This document shows, piece after piece, positions 12,911 through 26,734 of a DNA stretch of 64,000 nucleotides (its first letter is position 1; the number at the start of each line of letters is the position of its first letter). Below the pieces are notes generated by a model that was not told where the DNA came from, did no database searches, and was given only the letters and a program-made list of their open reading frames with translations. Made by a program: the position numbers and the translations under genes. Source of the DNA: Lama guanicoe (Eukaryota); contig MU053881.1 of the NCBI GenBank assembly GCA_013239625.1, forward strand, positions 9,075,957-9,139,956, in the 5' to 3' direction.

Positions 12911-15864
12911 GAGAACCTTGGGCTGAAATTGTTAATTTCTTGTCTTTTCTTCTTCGTCTTATTTTCCCCCCAACTACAATTCCTTTTAAATGAATGTTTG
13001 GGACTCTCCATTTTCAGACATCCGCACCTCCCCCCACCCCAGGGATGGCTTTAAATGCGTTATAGGCATCAGTTTGTGGATCCCTGCATTTGAGCTGCAC
13101 AGCTACTTTCAGAGGAATCAACATTTGGGGACACCGAATCAAAGGTGGGGACCTAAAGAACAAATGTTCAAAGATGCCAAGGTAGAACAAAGGTGACGGC
13201 ATGACTGAATAATCATTTTTTGACCCGCCGGTGCCCTGACCTGCATAATCCTGGGAATTCATTTGTCTCCATCAAAAGGGCAGCTGAGTTGACTAAACTG
13301 CATGCAGGAAGGTCAGGTGGCTTTAGGGGAGTGACGGGAGGCACCGATATTCAATGTCAATACCCAGGCAGAGCCACGCACCCTGGAGTTTATTCCTCTT
13401 TTAAAGAGGATGCAGTAGAGAAACTCTAGTCAGCAATAAGTTAGCTTTTTGGGAGTCTAATGACATCATTACAGAACATTCTAACTTTGCTCTGTGGATG
13501 CAATGTCATTAGTGCCCCTGGGGTTTAGACCACACCATCTCCGTTATTCTACTCAGCCTCTCTCCATGCTGTATCCTCTCCCATATGTCGGGAAAAAAAT
13601 GAGAGCTTTTATAGACACAAAAGGGTCTACAATAGCCCCAAGAGCACACAATATTATTTTATTCATCAGTTGTCAAGTGCCTGCAGGGTTCAAAGAGACG
13701 GGTCAGCAGAAGGGTGTATGCAATATGAATAGCTCTACACTCAAAAAAAAAAAAATAAGGTATTTGCAGGAAGGTGTCTCTCGGGTTCAAATTTAATAGA
13801 AGCTGCAGATTCAATTGGGGTCTCTCAGTTTTACCTCTTTTCTGAGACCACCAACCTAGAAGTCAGTATTTGAACTATGATTTGAATTTTATTTGATGAT
13901 TCAATATTATCTTCTAATGCCCCCACAAGCATCCCTTATGCTGAACACTGAAAAGCCCACCAGTCATGCTCTTGCTAGCGATCTCAAGGACTTGAAACAC
14001 AGCGTACATGGTGCATGCTCAATACATCTTAGGTGAAGGAACAAACGTCAGGGGCTTGGTAAAGACAATCTATGCGTCAGAGAGCTTCCCCAGTGGCAAT
14101 CACGAGACCTAGCATCTTGCACAATCAGTAGTGAACAAACTTGTTTTGGCACGGAGGACCAAACAAAAATCTTAATGGGAACCATTTTTTATTCTAAGAT
14201 TAGAATAACTTCTTTTTTTTCCTCATTATTAAAGCCACATACATATATTGCAAAAATGGAAACCATACAAAAAGCAGACACTTCCCCTCACCTAAAACAT
14301 GCACGGTATTACATAATAAAATCCGATTTAAGTTATTTTTTGAGTCCTACCCACGGGTATAGATATAGAAATAGCCTATGATAAATGGCACATGCACACT
14401 GGTAACACTGCTGAAGTCACAACAGACACGATGGTCTAATGCTCTTCATACAAAGTGTGGCGGACATCACATAGTATCTCCCAGGATTCTGTGCATTGTG
14501 GTAGTGTGGGTTGGGGAAGGTGAGTTAGCATCTCTTGAGAAACCAGCCTGGCTCCTTTTATTAGATGATAAGACTTAGGCAAATCATCACACTTTCCTCT
14601 TTGCTAAAAGTTTGGCTTACTATTCAAGGACCTTTCTCAGCAAAGTATTTCTGCCCAAATTATTTGTCATTCTTATTCTCAAGCACTCAGGTCGACAGTT
14701 TGTCTAAAGTTCTATTCTGAGAGAAGTAGATGCCTGTGTGCACCCCTGTCTTCCCATCTCTGAAGACAAACTTCCATGTAGCAATCAAAGGTGGTAGCTC
14801 CTGGCTTGATTCTCAGATCACACAGGTCTACTCTCAACAACTCACGGAGCACATCACCACGCCAACACTTTTTCAGAGAGTGTTGCCTACAATTACTTGA
14901 TTCCAAGCTTCTGTCGAATGCCTGGCTGAGAGAAGTGATGGGCCAGAAAGCTTGTCGGTGGGACGCACGATCCCTTCACTCCTCTAGTACCTGAAGCCGA
15001 TCACTAGAAGGTCGCAGGCTTGGACCTCCGTTTTATGTCAAGGGCAGTGGGTCTACACTGAATGAGGTTCTAATGCAATGCCACTGGCGTTTGTCAGAGG
15101 ACATTATAAGACATGTGTACGCGAAACCCACCTGAGTCTTGGCTATCCAGAGGTCATCGAGAACATTGCCTCTGTGATTAAGTCACAGCCTTGATTTAAA
15201 AAAAAAAAAAACTGGACATAGAAAATGTATTTTGGAATCTAATACCTGAAAAAGTCTGTCTCCTTGAGTAACTTCTACTTGTCTCTAACCCCTAAGCCCA
15301 TTTTGATTAACAAACAAAAAACGGTGTAAGTGCTTGATGTCTATACAGAGAAATTCTGATTCTAACACAGAAGTTTAGTAAAACTTCAGCCATGTTGACC
15401 CTTCTGGTTGACATATTCACAGTCTATTTTTTCCCCCATATTATTTTCTATTCTCTGTCTTATAACTTTGAGGAACGCGTCTTACAGTTTAGCTACTTCA
15501 GATATTTTTATATAAAGGGGGTAAGAAAAATTAACGCTGGTTGTTGTGTTCTTGTCATTGATTTGAAGTTTTCTCAATTCTTTTAATTTATTCTCTTATT
15601 AGAGAGTTTATAAATGATGAGTAATATAGGCATGCACGTGGCCTGCACAGACACATGCAGCTAATTCCTGGGAAACTCAGTGTGTGGGACTGAGGTTTAT
15701 TTGCACAGTCTGGCAGCTATTTTAGTTGGTAATTTATACGTACATACACACATGAACCCATAGAGGCATTCTCCCTTATGAGTGAATTTTCATTTTTAAC
15801 TTCTTTTGTAAGTCGGCTATCTGGATTTCATAATCCATTTTTATAAATAGAACACTCTTAATAC

Positions 15865-16087
15865 TAACAAGTTACTATTAATTGAACACTCACTCTGTGC
15901 TCTCTATCAATTTAACATATGTATTATATTTGTTCTTTATAACACCCCTCTCTGCATAAAGTTACTGTTCCCATTTTACAGATCAGGAAACAGGCCCGGC
16001 AAGTTAAGCAATCAGATTATCAGGAAAGAAAAAATTAAGGTAGGAACCCAAATCTGCCTGAATTCAAAGCTCATACTGCAAGCCACG
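15865..16087 (-). mobile_element. MIR SINE
   Basis: attgaacactcactctgtgc...cccattttacagatcaggaaacaggccc...gaacccaaatctgcctgaattcaaagctc. Confidence 0.8.
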
Positions 16088-16599
16088 AAGCCGTCTGGTT
16101 TGAAGCAAGGCAGGTCCAAGTTCTGAGTGCCTTTCAAATTCGTAGATTTCGATTCTCAGTTATAGTGAGTCATTTCAACAGCAACGAGTCATGGTATCAT
16201 TTCTGCAGGGGAGCGCACTTACTTTGTCAGGAAGTAAGACACCTATCTCTGCTTCCTAGCCGGTGGGGTACCACAGAGACTGGAATCAGGGTCGAGGGAA
16301 AGAAGTCACGCAAAGGCTCGGCCCCTCCTAATTCACAGGCTGTTTCTCTGGGCGTTAGCCGTTCCATCTTCGACGTGGAGTCAGTGACACCTCCCCTAAC
16401 AGTTTTAACAGAGCCAAAGTGAACAACAAATAAGGTAAACAATGAGGCAACACACGACAAACCGAAAAAGCCCAGGAGAGGTAAAAGTTAGCTTAGAGTA
16501 AGAGAAAGAGCCTTCTTACAGCTCTATTATTGTATTAAACATGAATCTCTTTCAATGGCTACCTAACTGTCTGGTAGATAACAAAACCCGCACGTCCTT

Positions 16600-17030
16600 C
16601 TTTTCTGCTAAAGGTCACACCGCTTGCTAAAAGACTCCCTCCTCCACCGGTCCTCAGTGCTGGACACACACCGCACGGGGAGGCAAACTCCACCTCTCCA
16701 AGAACACCTATGTCCACAGATTAAAAACGCCCTCCTCTGAAGGGTGTGGCTAATAATAGAACAGCGTGTTCTTCCGCAACAGGTGTTTCCTCCTTACACA
16801 TAAGCTGACAGGCCGTTGGCAAATAAAGGAATCAGACCAGCGCAATCCACAGCTTCGCTGGTTGAGACACACTTTTTCCCCAGCACCCTCGTGCTTTGTG
16901 TTGGGAGGGGCAGCCCTCCTGGGAGTGAGGACCCGGCTGAATGCAGAAAGCCAGGCACTGGCGCGGCCGTGCTCCCCTCCCGCCATGGCTTCCGCCCACC
17001 CTGCATTTTTATTTTGGCGCGTTTTGGCTG
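16600..17030. promoter_or_regulatory. CpG/GC-enriched, repeat-free patch; candidate enhancer or minor promoter
   Basis: Locally high CpG (ggcgcggccg, ccgcacg), SP/KLF-like ttccgcccaccc near 16990, E-box caggtg near 16779; function inferred only. Confidence 0.35.
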
Positions 17031-17424
17031 TGTCCTGTCTTGGAAGGATTTATCATAGGGTCTTTCTGACGTCTGTATATTTTGCTCTTGTTTCCAGAGC
17101 TCATCAGTCTTTACCTTGCATACTCTTTAATCAATTTACCTTTAACCTTTTAATGAAAGGTAAATATATACACACATGTATGTGTGTATCCACATATACA
17201 CGCACACATTGGAAACTGAGTAATACGCCACTAGTGTTTTAATGTTTAGGGTTCTAACTCTTTTGCTGATGCTCTGGTTAGCAAGTTGTATTAGACTTTA
17301 AAGTGGTCTGCCCCAACCCAGATTTACTGTAAATCATCTTAGTTTGTTTCCGTGCATGATTTTGCATGGAACAAGATCTTTTAAAGAGAGTAGATGTTGC
17401 ATGAGAGCAGAAATGTTAGCACTG

Positions 17425-17510
17425 GTTTCACAGGTTTGTTGTGAGAACTGATGAGACAATGCATGAAAAACATTTATCCCAGGACACTGGGATAAAGTCA
17501 GTTCAATATA
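17425..17510 (+). mobile_element. MIR 3' fragment
   Basis: cacaggtttgttgtgagaactgatgagacaatgcatgaaaaacattt. Confidence 0.65.
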
Positions 17511-17816
17511 GGAGAACTATATGGACCTCTTTATATCTCAGGGAGGGAGGTTTGTAACGTCTGTATTATAAGCAGAGTGTATAGTTCAGGAATTGTGAAC
17601 AATTTTTAGGGAGGTATTTGTGGCCCTTCTGCCTGTGACATTTCTGGGTCTGTATTTCTGTAGCTATAGATTTGATTTATATATCCTATAAATATATTAC
17701 AGATTTTCTAAAGGAATTAACATGATTCGACAATACATGGATATTTGTAAATGCAATGGATACGCATAGTGTTCATACAGACATATGTAAAAATCTCAAC
17801 CAGAAATAGAATAGGT

Positions 17817-17984
17817 CCATGGTTCTTAAACCTGGATGGATGGCAGAATCATTTGGGGAACTTAAAATATATATTCCAACTGGGATATCACCTCTTGAGA
17901 AGACTTGAGAGGGGACCCAGTCTGGTTCTATGAAGCTCTCCAGATGACGTTAGCTGGACTTGAAAAAAAAAGTCAAAACATTGG
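17817..17984. mobile_element. MER5-like hAT-Charlie DNA transposon relic
   Basis: catggttcttaaacctgg...gcagaatcatttggggaactt...aagctctccagatga. Confidence 0.65.
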
Positions 17985-20900
17985 TTGGATTGTAAGATCC
18001 CCTCTCTGTACAATAATAGGGTGCATGACTGATTCCCGAGCAGTTTCATGATGACATTCAATAAACACGGGCTCACTCTTTGGCTTATGGATTCTCAAAC
18101 GCTTCTCCAATAATTGCAAAGCTATTACAAAATAATAAAATAGTCTCGACGTGAATTTCCCTTTAATTCACATCATCGTTCCAAAGCAACTACGCACCAG
18201 TCACCGCTGCAGAGCTGTGGGGTGGGGCTTGTGCGTGTGAGACCACGTTACACTGGTGAGGTCTTACATACTGCCTACACCTTGAGCACCCTGAGGCTAA
18301 AGACTTAATTCAGAAGTGGAAGAAAAGTAAAACTATTACAAGATTCCACACTTATAGTCATGTTTGGATGAGGGTGAACAGACTCATGAGAGTCCCATCA
18401 CTTACTTTGGTGACAAAGGACTTTGGAAACTTACAAACTTGAGACAGTGCTAGGTTTCACAGTCTCTCCTCTCCAAATGGAGACTAAAGTCCTGAGTCAA
18501 GGCAATGGTTTGGGAGACAACAGAGGAGAATGGGTAAGGAAACATGGCGATGGAAGATGGCAAAACAGACCACCTACGGGCTTCTTGGGGACACAGCAGA
18601 GTTTGCTAGCAGGCTGTTGGGAAAAGCACGTGTAGAGATGTCTCACGTAGGAAAATACAAAAGAAGATACTTTTCAAGGAAGAAATGGAAGGGCGGAGAT
18701 AGAAACTGGAAGGCAGTCTCCCTCTGAATGTGCATGTTACAAGAGGTAAGAAAGAACATCAGTATTGATGAATATGTATGAGTGGTAACATCCATGACAA
18801 TTTGAAGGATCAGGTCTGTGAATGGAGCTCTTTCTGAGTGTTATGCAGGTCTTTTAGTGCACAGAGAAAGTTGGGGAATGACACACCCACAGATGGCAGG
18901 GGGCAGAGAAATGAACACATCTGGCCAAAGGGAATGAAATGAACAAAATGAAACACACAGAGCAGAATGTGGACACACCACGGTTGACATTGGATCACAT
19001 TGCCTTTCTAACGTGTATATGTTTAGTAAAATTGCACCGCTCCCTTTGTCCTTATCTCTAGCCACCTTGGGAGTTTTGATCCTTAAAATTACAAAGAGGA
19101 CAGAGAAGGATCACAAAGCACTCCCTCTTGGAGGCACTGCCATCCATCTTTTTGATGTGAAACATCTAAAACCAAAGCCTCAAAAAATAATTTTCCACTG
19201 AGCATTTTATTCAGAGCTCTGTTTCTCTGGTGATTCTTAACAAAGGTTTTGTTGCCAGTGCCCAGAGGAAAGACTCATTTAAATGTAGAAAGAGACACTT
19301 AAAAATAATGTCATCTGTTGGCAAAATCGCTGAGGGTATTACCTTCCTTTCACACAAGAAGGGAGCTAAACCTGATTGCATTTAGGGTTATCTTTAGCAG
19401 CTATGCTCGGAATCAAAACATTCTCATGAGGACTATTGTTCTAACTAATCTACTTATTAAGCTTTTATTCAGTTTTAATAGTCTTTTATTAAAAAAAAAA
19501 CCCTCAGAGGGGACAGGGATGGATTTTGCAGTTATTAGCAAGGAAAGCACAGCTTATGACCTACAATCACTGGTTTGTCTAAGAATGTTCCTCTTTGGAA
19601 AGCTATATTCTAAATCATAATGCTTAATTACAGGCACTCACTCTCCCATCTGCCACACTGCCCTCTATCCCCAACAAAGTACGACCAATACGTAGCTGAG
19701 TTTCATCCGATGGGGAGTCAGAGGTGAAAAAGCTCAGTAGGTGTGATGCATGACGGAGCTTGGAAGGAATGAGATGGCGCAAGCTAAGGGTGGCTTATCA
19801 GAAAAAACAAAATCACACTGTAATCGTGAGTAGGATGTTCAAAGCTTTGTTTAAACCAATCCTACGTGCCGTCTAATAGGCATTTGTGTCTTTCATTTTC
19901 TTTATGTTTCCTCTGTCTTCCTGTCTTCAGGGGACTGAACAAATCAGCCCGATGTGTTTCCTTGTTCTTTATGTGTTGTTTGTCTGGGGCAGGAGATGCT
20001 CACATGCTTCGTTTGACTGACAGCGATATTCACCAACCCAATAAATGAAGATTTGTGTCTAATTTCTTACATCTTATTCAGGACTTTCCCCACAACGTAC
20101 AAACAGCATAACTTTAGATGATTCTTTCTCCCCACTCCTAAACAGATTTTCTGTCGTGCCTCTGCACACAAATAAAACCCCAAAACAGCTATAGACCAGT
20201 ACAGGGAGATGCACCACAGTGTTCATGAAAACCCTGGAACCATGGCAGAGTCCCCCCAGAATCACACTGGATTTCTCAGATGCGCTTTCACCATTTTTTT
20301 CCCCCTCAATTCAGTTTGGAAATTCCAAATGGTGGGAGCAGCCTATGTCATGCTAAATACATGCTTACGTAAAAGGCAGGGCCATATGACCACTGATTTA
20401 TTCTTTAGCTCCTAGTCCAATATTTCATACATTAGGCCTTTCCTATCAGAAGTTACTGTTTTCCAGATCATTCTCACTCAAGACCTCTCAGAAAGGCTTT
20501 AAGAATCATCAAAAAGCAAATCGGAAAATTAAACCTCACCCTGCACTAGCATCTTTTTGCTCCCAAGCCAGGAAGTGCGCCAGGGGTCCACTCCCCCACT
20601 AGAGTGCATGGGCGATGCTGGAAGTCAGTATTCATGCAGATGGGGAATGACCCAAGTTGCAACCGCACTGAACATTTGCGGGACATTTGTAAAATGTGTT
20701 AAGTACCATAATCATTAGTTACTGAAACCTTCTAACACCCTCCTAAGAGGTATAAAGGGTGTGAATGAGACAACACATCTTAATAGCACAAGGCAAGTCT
20801 CTGATAAACAAGGGTTTGGTCACTTAGCCAAGAGCTGGAGTTCTGTTTTCTCAGAACTCTTGGGTCTCGGTGGAGCTGAGGAAGATGTGCTCCGCGACCT

Positions 20901-22102
20901 TGAACTCTCATCCTTAAATAAGCGAAGCAGCTCCAGGAGGAAGGGAAGAGTGTAAACATTCAGCTCACACAGAGGGCGTGACTCAGGAAGATTTCCAAAG
21001 GCGAGGAAACCAGATCATCTCTTCTTTGCTGGGGACACTGTTTTGAGAATTGGGACATTCCAGTTCCAATGAAAGACTTTCTCTTGAGATGAAAGACCAA
21101 AACCTTGTTTGATTTGCAGGCCAGAAATAAACGTCAGCGTGGAGAGCTCCTTGCCGTTTTCCTCGGTCACACTCCTCTTCCCGTTTAGAAGGGCTGCTGA
21201 CCACATCTTAAGTGGCACACAGAGAGAAACTGAGATTTATAGAAGTTTTTTACGAATTCCCTGGGCCTTCTGATCTACCTCCATCAATCGATGGGGATCC
21301 ATCTGCCATATACCTACTCTACTCAGGTACCTGGGAAATCAACAAATAGAAGCACTCGCATAAGTGGACTAAATGACAGTGGGTTTTAGAGACAGACAGA
21401 CTGCCCCCTCGTCCCTGCTCGCGGCAAATACTGTAGTTTGCCTACACCTCAGCTATCAGCTCTTTCTCCACTCTCCCTCCTTCTTTCCTAACCAAATCCT
21501 ATTTCTGTTCATGCTAAAAGGTGCTCAGCGAAGGCTGGCCCCTCCCTCAGCCCAGAGGATGAACTCTGCTTTGTCGGATTGTCTAATAATTCCGCGCACT
21601 TGCTTGGCTGATGGATAGGTGGGCAGAGAACCCAGCTCTGTCTAAGGAAACATAAAGGAAAACTGTCTGGGTCAGATTCACAGAGTCATCTTGCTCCCTG
21701 ATGAGAAAAGCCAGATGCTTGCTTCCCTCCCCTGTCGTGTTTGCCCATCAGGATTTGGAGGCAGTAAAGGAAGAGGGAGATGCCTGAAGATGACGCTGAA
21801 AGTGACCCTAAGGGTGAACGTGGCCAAAGCCAGTGTTGTCCAGCCCTCAAAGACCACGCTGAACTGTAACACCAATTCAGAAACCATCTACCTCCAGACT
21901 CGAAGGGCTTCTATTTGAATCCAGTTTTAGCTTGGCACTGAGCTGTTTTTGAAGCTGAAAGCAGCTCGAAGGATGTGGTCCCACCACCCCCTTCCCTTCC
22001 CATAGCACTTTTTCCACTGATGGGTTTTGAAAATTTATACAAGATCTATGCATTGCTTAAAAGCTCATCAGATCTGAGTGCCTGATGGTGTCTGCTTGGT
22101 GC

Positions 22103-22215
22103 TATGATGCGTAACTTATCCAGCTTGCTCGGGACTGTCCTGGTTTTCACACTGAGAGAGCCACATCTCCAAGCCTCCTTTAGTCTCAGGCAAACCCAGA
22201 TGGTTGGTTACCCTG
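22103..22215. mobile_element. MER81-like hAT-Blackjack MITE
   Basis: gggactgtcctggttttcacactgaga...agtctcaggcaaacccagatggttggttaccctg. Confidence 0.8.
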
Positions 22216-22519
22216 AATGGATAAAAGAAACGCCAACATATGTAATTTGTTCAGCCCTAAGTTGAAAAATTATCCAGATAATTCAATGTTTTTTTTTTTC
22301 CCTCAAACATCTGGGCATATCAAGTACAATTAGAATTTGGACTGAATTTAAAATAATACCTTTAATTGCCCACTTTGCTCTCCAGATATAAACTGAGGAC
22401 TGGAGATCTCAGACCATTATTTTATTTATATATATATAAAATATAAAAACCCAGTGTAGGTTAACATTACGATTAATACTACAATATTATGAGTATATAT
22501 ACATGCATATATAAAGGGG

Positions 22520-22700
22520 CCAGGTACTTGAAGAGTTAAACTGCAACTATATTACCGGGTTCTCAAATAACTCCTTAAAAATAAAATTAACATTTATTCC
22601 CATTTTACAGATGAGGCAAAAGGAGGCTTAGAGAGCTTAAGTCACCTTCAAAAGTTCAGTCATATGGTAAGTGTTTGAAGAACGATTCCTGATTTTTGTC
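22520..22700 (-). mobile_element. MIR SINE fragment
   Basis: attcccattttacagatgagg...gaggcttagagagcttaagtcac. Confidence 0.75.
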
Positions 22701-23784
22701 AGCAAACCTAAGTAGATTCCAGTTGGAGTTGAAAGTGTCACAAAACACAGTCAACACTTCTGTGAACTGAGTTAGAACACCCTAAATGCTCACAACCATT
22801 TCTTAGAAATTTCTCTGCAGTTCCTTCCAGGCTACAGATTTAAGCATGAGCCCCTGAGGAGAATGATTTACGCATGCCTGGGAAGGTCCCTACCAGTACA
22901 GGCTCCAGTTGGTACAAGTCACCCTCAGGGAGCTACTGATGCACGGAGTCTCTGCATCCTGCAGGAGGGAAGTCCAATTAAAAGCAAATGCCACATCCTG
23001 CATGTCTGCTGATGGGAATCACCTGTTTTCCACGAATACCTCTGACTCTGGTCCAAGGGAGAAAATGACACAGCATTTCAAGCAGCGGAATCAGAGGTTG
23101 CTGAAGTGGAAGTTATCAGCTAGACCCTGTCCTGTACTATCTGCTTGCAGGAGAGGAATGAGAACGATGTTGGTGATTTTTTGATCTGATTGTATTTGGA
23201 AGATAATGTCAATGAAAACTGAGTGTTGCTACTGGTGCAAAGTAAATGTCGGGGCAGACTGAGACATTTAAGTGAGAGTGGAGAGGCCACTTTCCAGGGA
23301 AAACCATTAAATTTTATTAACATTAGAGCTCCTACATGCTACATGCTTTTTCTTTTTTTTCCCCCGGCAAAAATAAAATAAGGTAATTTAGGGAACCCAA
23401 TGACCAAATATTAGAGTCAATTTATATAAGGGTAAAATCCAGAATGGAACCCCAAGTGACCTCTTTACTTGGTTAGTTCCTCACCGTCTCTCTTTTTCGG
23501 CAGGACTCCCACAACAGCACATGCTAAGATATTTTAATGACTGTTTTCTGAAAGGTTGGCGATTTATTTGGTACAAGCTGGTACCCAAAATCTAAAGAGT
23601 TTAAAGATGTGTTAATTTCCCCCTTTTTATATCCTACTCTGCCCCTCACCATCCAAATGTTTTAAAACATAGAAAATAGGGCTACATGCACATTTTGGGG
23701 TGACACTGGTGACCATGATGAAGACCTTCACCCATTTACGATAATAAAAATATCAGAATGGTCCTACGAAGGGTACTTTCATTT

Positions 23785-24018
23785 CAGTGTTTACTAGAAG
23801 TCTTGAACTATGTTAATTTCACACACATTGTCTTATTCCTTTTCTACAAGGACCTTCTGATGGAACTAAAATCATCGCCTATTTCTAGGAGGGGGAACAG
23901 AGCTTCTGAAGAATGGGAGATACTGCCCAAGGTCACCCAGCCAGGACACAGGGGTCAAGCCTGTAGGTGAACACAGCCTGTTTGACTTCAGAGCCCACGT
24001 TTCATACCACTCTATGCT
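23785..24018 (-). mobile_element. MIR SINE
   Basis: tgcccaaggtcacccagcca...gtttgacttcagagcccacg...accactctatgc. Confidence 0.75.
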
Positions 24019-24529
24019 TTCCACTTGCAGCGTCTATCTATACGAGAAAATTTATGATACTTAAAAATCATATTTTAAAAGGACCTCAGGGTTATTTAGC
24101 CCATGTCCTGACTCATATAAGATCAAATTCTGTATATAGCCATGCCTTAAGGTTACACAAACCAAAAATATAATGAGAGTTCAAGAAGGGCTGAGAGGAA
24201 TTCATGGATGACAGATCCTCCCCAGTTAGGGACGCCCTCTTTGAGGATAATATCACGGAGGGCCAGTCTCATTTTGTCACACCAGTGTCCCCGGGTGCCA
24301 CTATAAAAGACAAAATACTGAATAGTGTGGACTATAAGTCTTACCCCATATGACTTTTTTATGTTCTGATGATTCTTAAAATATATCTAAGTAACCTATT
24401 TCTACAATTCATCAAACTTAACCACGAGGAATAACTGAATCTTGCTGTGACTCGTCCAACTGGAGGCAAAGGTGAACCCATTCTTACAAGAAGAAGGCAT
24501 TACTATTTTTGTGGCTTGTTTTGTCGGAG

Positions 24530-24640
24530 AGAAAACGACTGGTCTCTGAGAAGATCTGGGTCCCTTTTTCATCTCTGCCTCCCAGGTGCCCTGTGACCCT
24601 GAGCAAGTCCAACTCTGAATCTCACTTTACTCATTAACAG
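24530..24640 (+). mobile_element. MIR SINE fragment
   Basis: gaagatctgggt...ctgtgaccctgagcaagtc. Confidence 0.6.
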
Positions 24641-25864
24641 TGTGAATGACTTGAAGCTGGGGTGCTTCCCCTCAGGGAAAGGATGGAACTACAACAAAAA
24701 ATTCACCAGTCAGCAAAGAGACAGACCAGGGAATCTGTCTACCTGGTGCTGAATTCTAGAAGAATACAAAAGACCTTCTGAAAACTGTATCACCACAGGC
24801 CTGGCCTCAGGCTAATTTGAGATTCAAAATTTACATAACCAGTTTATATCAGGAAACCCCAGACAAGAAATCAAAGTGGTCTTGACTTGGTCGTATTTTA
24901 TAGAACGTGGCAGAAGGTAACACAAATTTCTCTGCAAGGATGGAAGGCACCCTCGACTCAGGCCACACAAAATAGCCACAGATAAATTTCAGATAACAGA
25001 AGCTCTTGCTCTAAAATTGCAAAACATACGTCAACAGGTGTCCATGAGCAGTAATTAGCAGAAGCAAGAGAAAAAAGCCTTTAGATATTAGAATTATGAG
25101 ATTCAGATTGTAATATAACGATGTTCAAGTATTTTTTGAAAAAGTTGAAATAATGAGCAAAGGAGAAAAAAACACTATGAAGAAAGGTTGGTCAGGTTAT
25201 ATATAATAAGAACTCCCAGAAATGAAATATCCTAAATAAAAATTCAAACAGTGAAAAAAAAAAGTATCGAAATAAAAGCTGCATGTAATGTTAGAAGTGT
25301 ATTAGACTGGGAGATACGATGCATTTATCCAGAATGCTGAAGGGAGAGCCAAGAAGATTAAAATATGAGAGAATAAGAAACACACATGAAAATGCTTTGC
25401 TTCCGTCTAACTTATTTTCCAGAAAAAAGAAAAGAATGAATAACATGGGAGATAATAATGTGGCTAAGAATTTTTCAAAAGTGATGAAAAACCTGAATTC
25501 TCAGATTAAGAAGAGACAATACATTTTAAATGTGACAAGAAGCAAGAAATATACACCCAGTCATAATGCTGTGAAATAGCACAATATCAAAACTGAGAAG
25601 ATGTTGATGGCCAATAGAAATTAAAAACTCAGATGGCTTACAAAGGAAATGCTTCATCCTCAACACAGTTTTCAGCACCAACAAGGAAAACCAGGAAAGA
25701 ATGAAAATCTTCTGACATCTTTAAATCACTGAGGGAAAATAGATGTCAGCCCAGAAATGTATACATGACTCAACTACTATTCAATGTGAATAGTAACATT
25801 TTTTCAGACAAACAGAAGAGAGAAATATGTTACCAACTGGCTCTAAATGAAGGAGCTTCGAGAG

Positions 25865-25995
25865 TGATGGCCCCATGTCCAGAGATTCTGATTTAACTGG
25901 TCTGGCATCAATATATCTCTGACTACATATACTGACACGTAAGTTTTTAAGCCACCTAGGAGATTCTAAAGGACAACCAGTCCAACCTCTGTCCT
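25865..25995. mobile_element. MER5-like fragment nested in L1
   Basis: ggccccatgtccagagattctgatttaactggtctgg...ttttaagccacctaggagattctaa. Confidence 0.7.
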
Positions 25996-25999
25996 AAAA

Positions 26000-26150
26000 T
26001 AAGGTTTCTCCAACTTTAATATGCATACGAATCGTCTGGGGATTTTGTCAAACTACAGAATCTGATTCAGTGGGTCCCGGAGTCTGCATTTCTAACAAGC
26101 TCCCGGGTGATGTTGGTGATGACAACCCCTGGACCATACTTCGAGTGGAA
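26000..26150. mobile_element. MER5A-like element nested in L1
   Basis: ggtttctccaacttt...atgcatacgaatcgtctgggga...gattcagtgggtc...tctgcatttctaacaagctcccgggtgatg. Confidence 0.85.
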
Positions 26151-26459
26151 AGATTCCAAAGGAATAGCTCAGGATGATGAAAATGTACCTCAGGAGAGAG
26201 ACTGAGATTCAAGAAGCAATGATAAACAGAGACTTCGCTCAGCGTGGGTAACTCTACGCAAACAGTAATTGTGTGAAATGAAAGCAACTAAGTTTACTTT
26301 TGTACAGGAAGCAAATGGGAGAGGATGACTCCGCTGTTCCAAGATCTTCATATTATTCTGGCAAAACACATAAATATTTATGAAAATGAAAGCTATGATG
26401 TAGAACAAGAGTTTTACAATTATGTTTGATAGACAATAGGTCTCAGAGATTCCCTAACG

Positions 26460-26590
26460 TCTAGCAACCCTCAATTTTATTAAGCAAACCACAACACTTT
26501 TGAGAGTAAAGGGGGTGCTGTTAATAATTCCTCTGGACCACAGACCCGTATTAGGATCATCTGAGAAAAATCAGGACAGATGGTCAGTTT
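26460..26590. mobile_element. MER94-like hAT-Blackjack MITE
   Basis: acacttttgagagtaaagggggtgctgttaataatt...aatcaggacagatggtca. Confidence 0.75.
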
Positions 26591-26734
26591 CCCTCAAGAG
26601 CTGAGAGGTGTGGCTGAATGAGCAGGTCTCGGGGCCCCTCCCCCCCGCCGCAGGGCCATCCAATGGGAAATCTCCTCTTTTTGTTTATTTTATACTTCAT
26701 GCTTCTATGTACATGCTCATTGGAAAACAACGTA

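Larger units (their letters stand above)
24680..26430 (+). mobile_element. Ancient L1M/HAL1-type element, decayed 5' region and ORF1, interrupted by MER5 elements
   Basis: A-rich strand; peptide remnants AKNFSKVMKNLNSQI...KKYTPSH resemble L1 ORF1p ENFPNL..IQI...TPRH; gacatctttaaatcactgagggaaaat...cagcccagaaatgtata. Confidence 0.7.

Noticed and set aside
16979..17242. Strong Kozak ATG (ccgccATGG at 16985)
   Set aside because: Downstream frame is compositionally non-coding and resembles no protein I recognise
17473..17496. 10-bp perfect inverted repeat tttatcccag/ctgggataaa
   Set aside because: Short and lies in a quasi-palindromic part of a MIR tail
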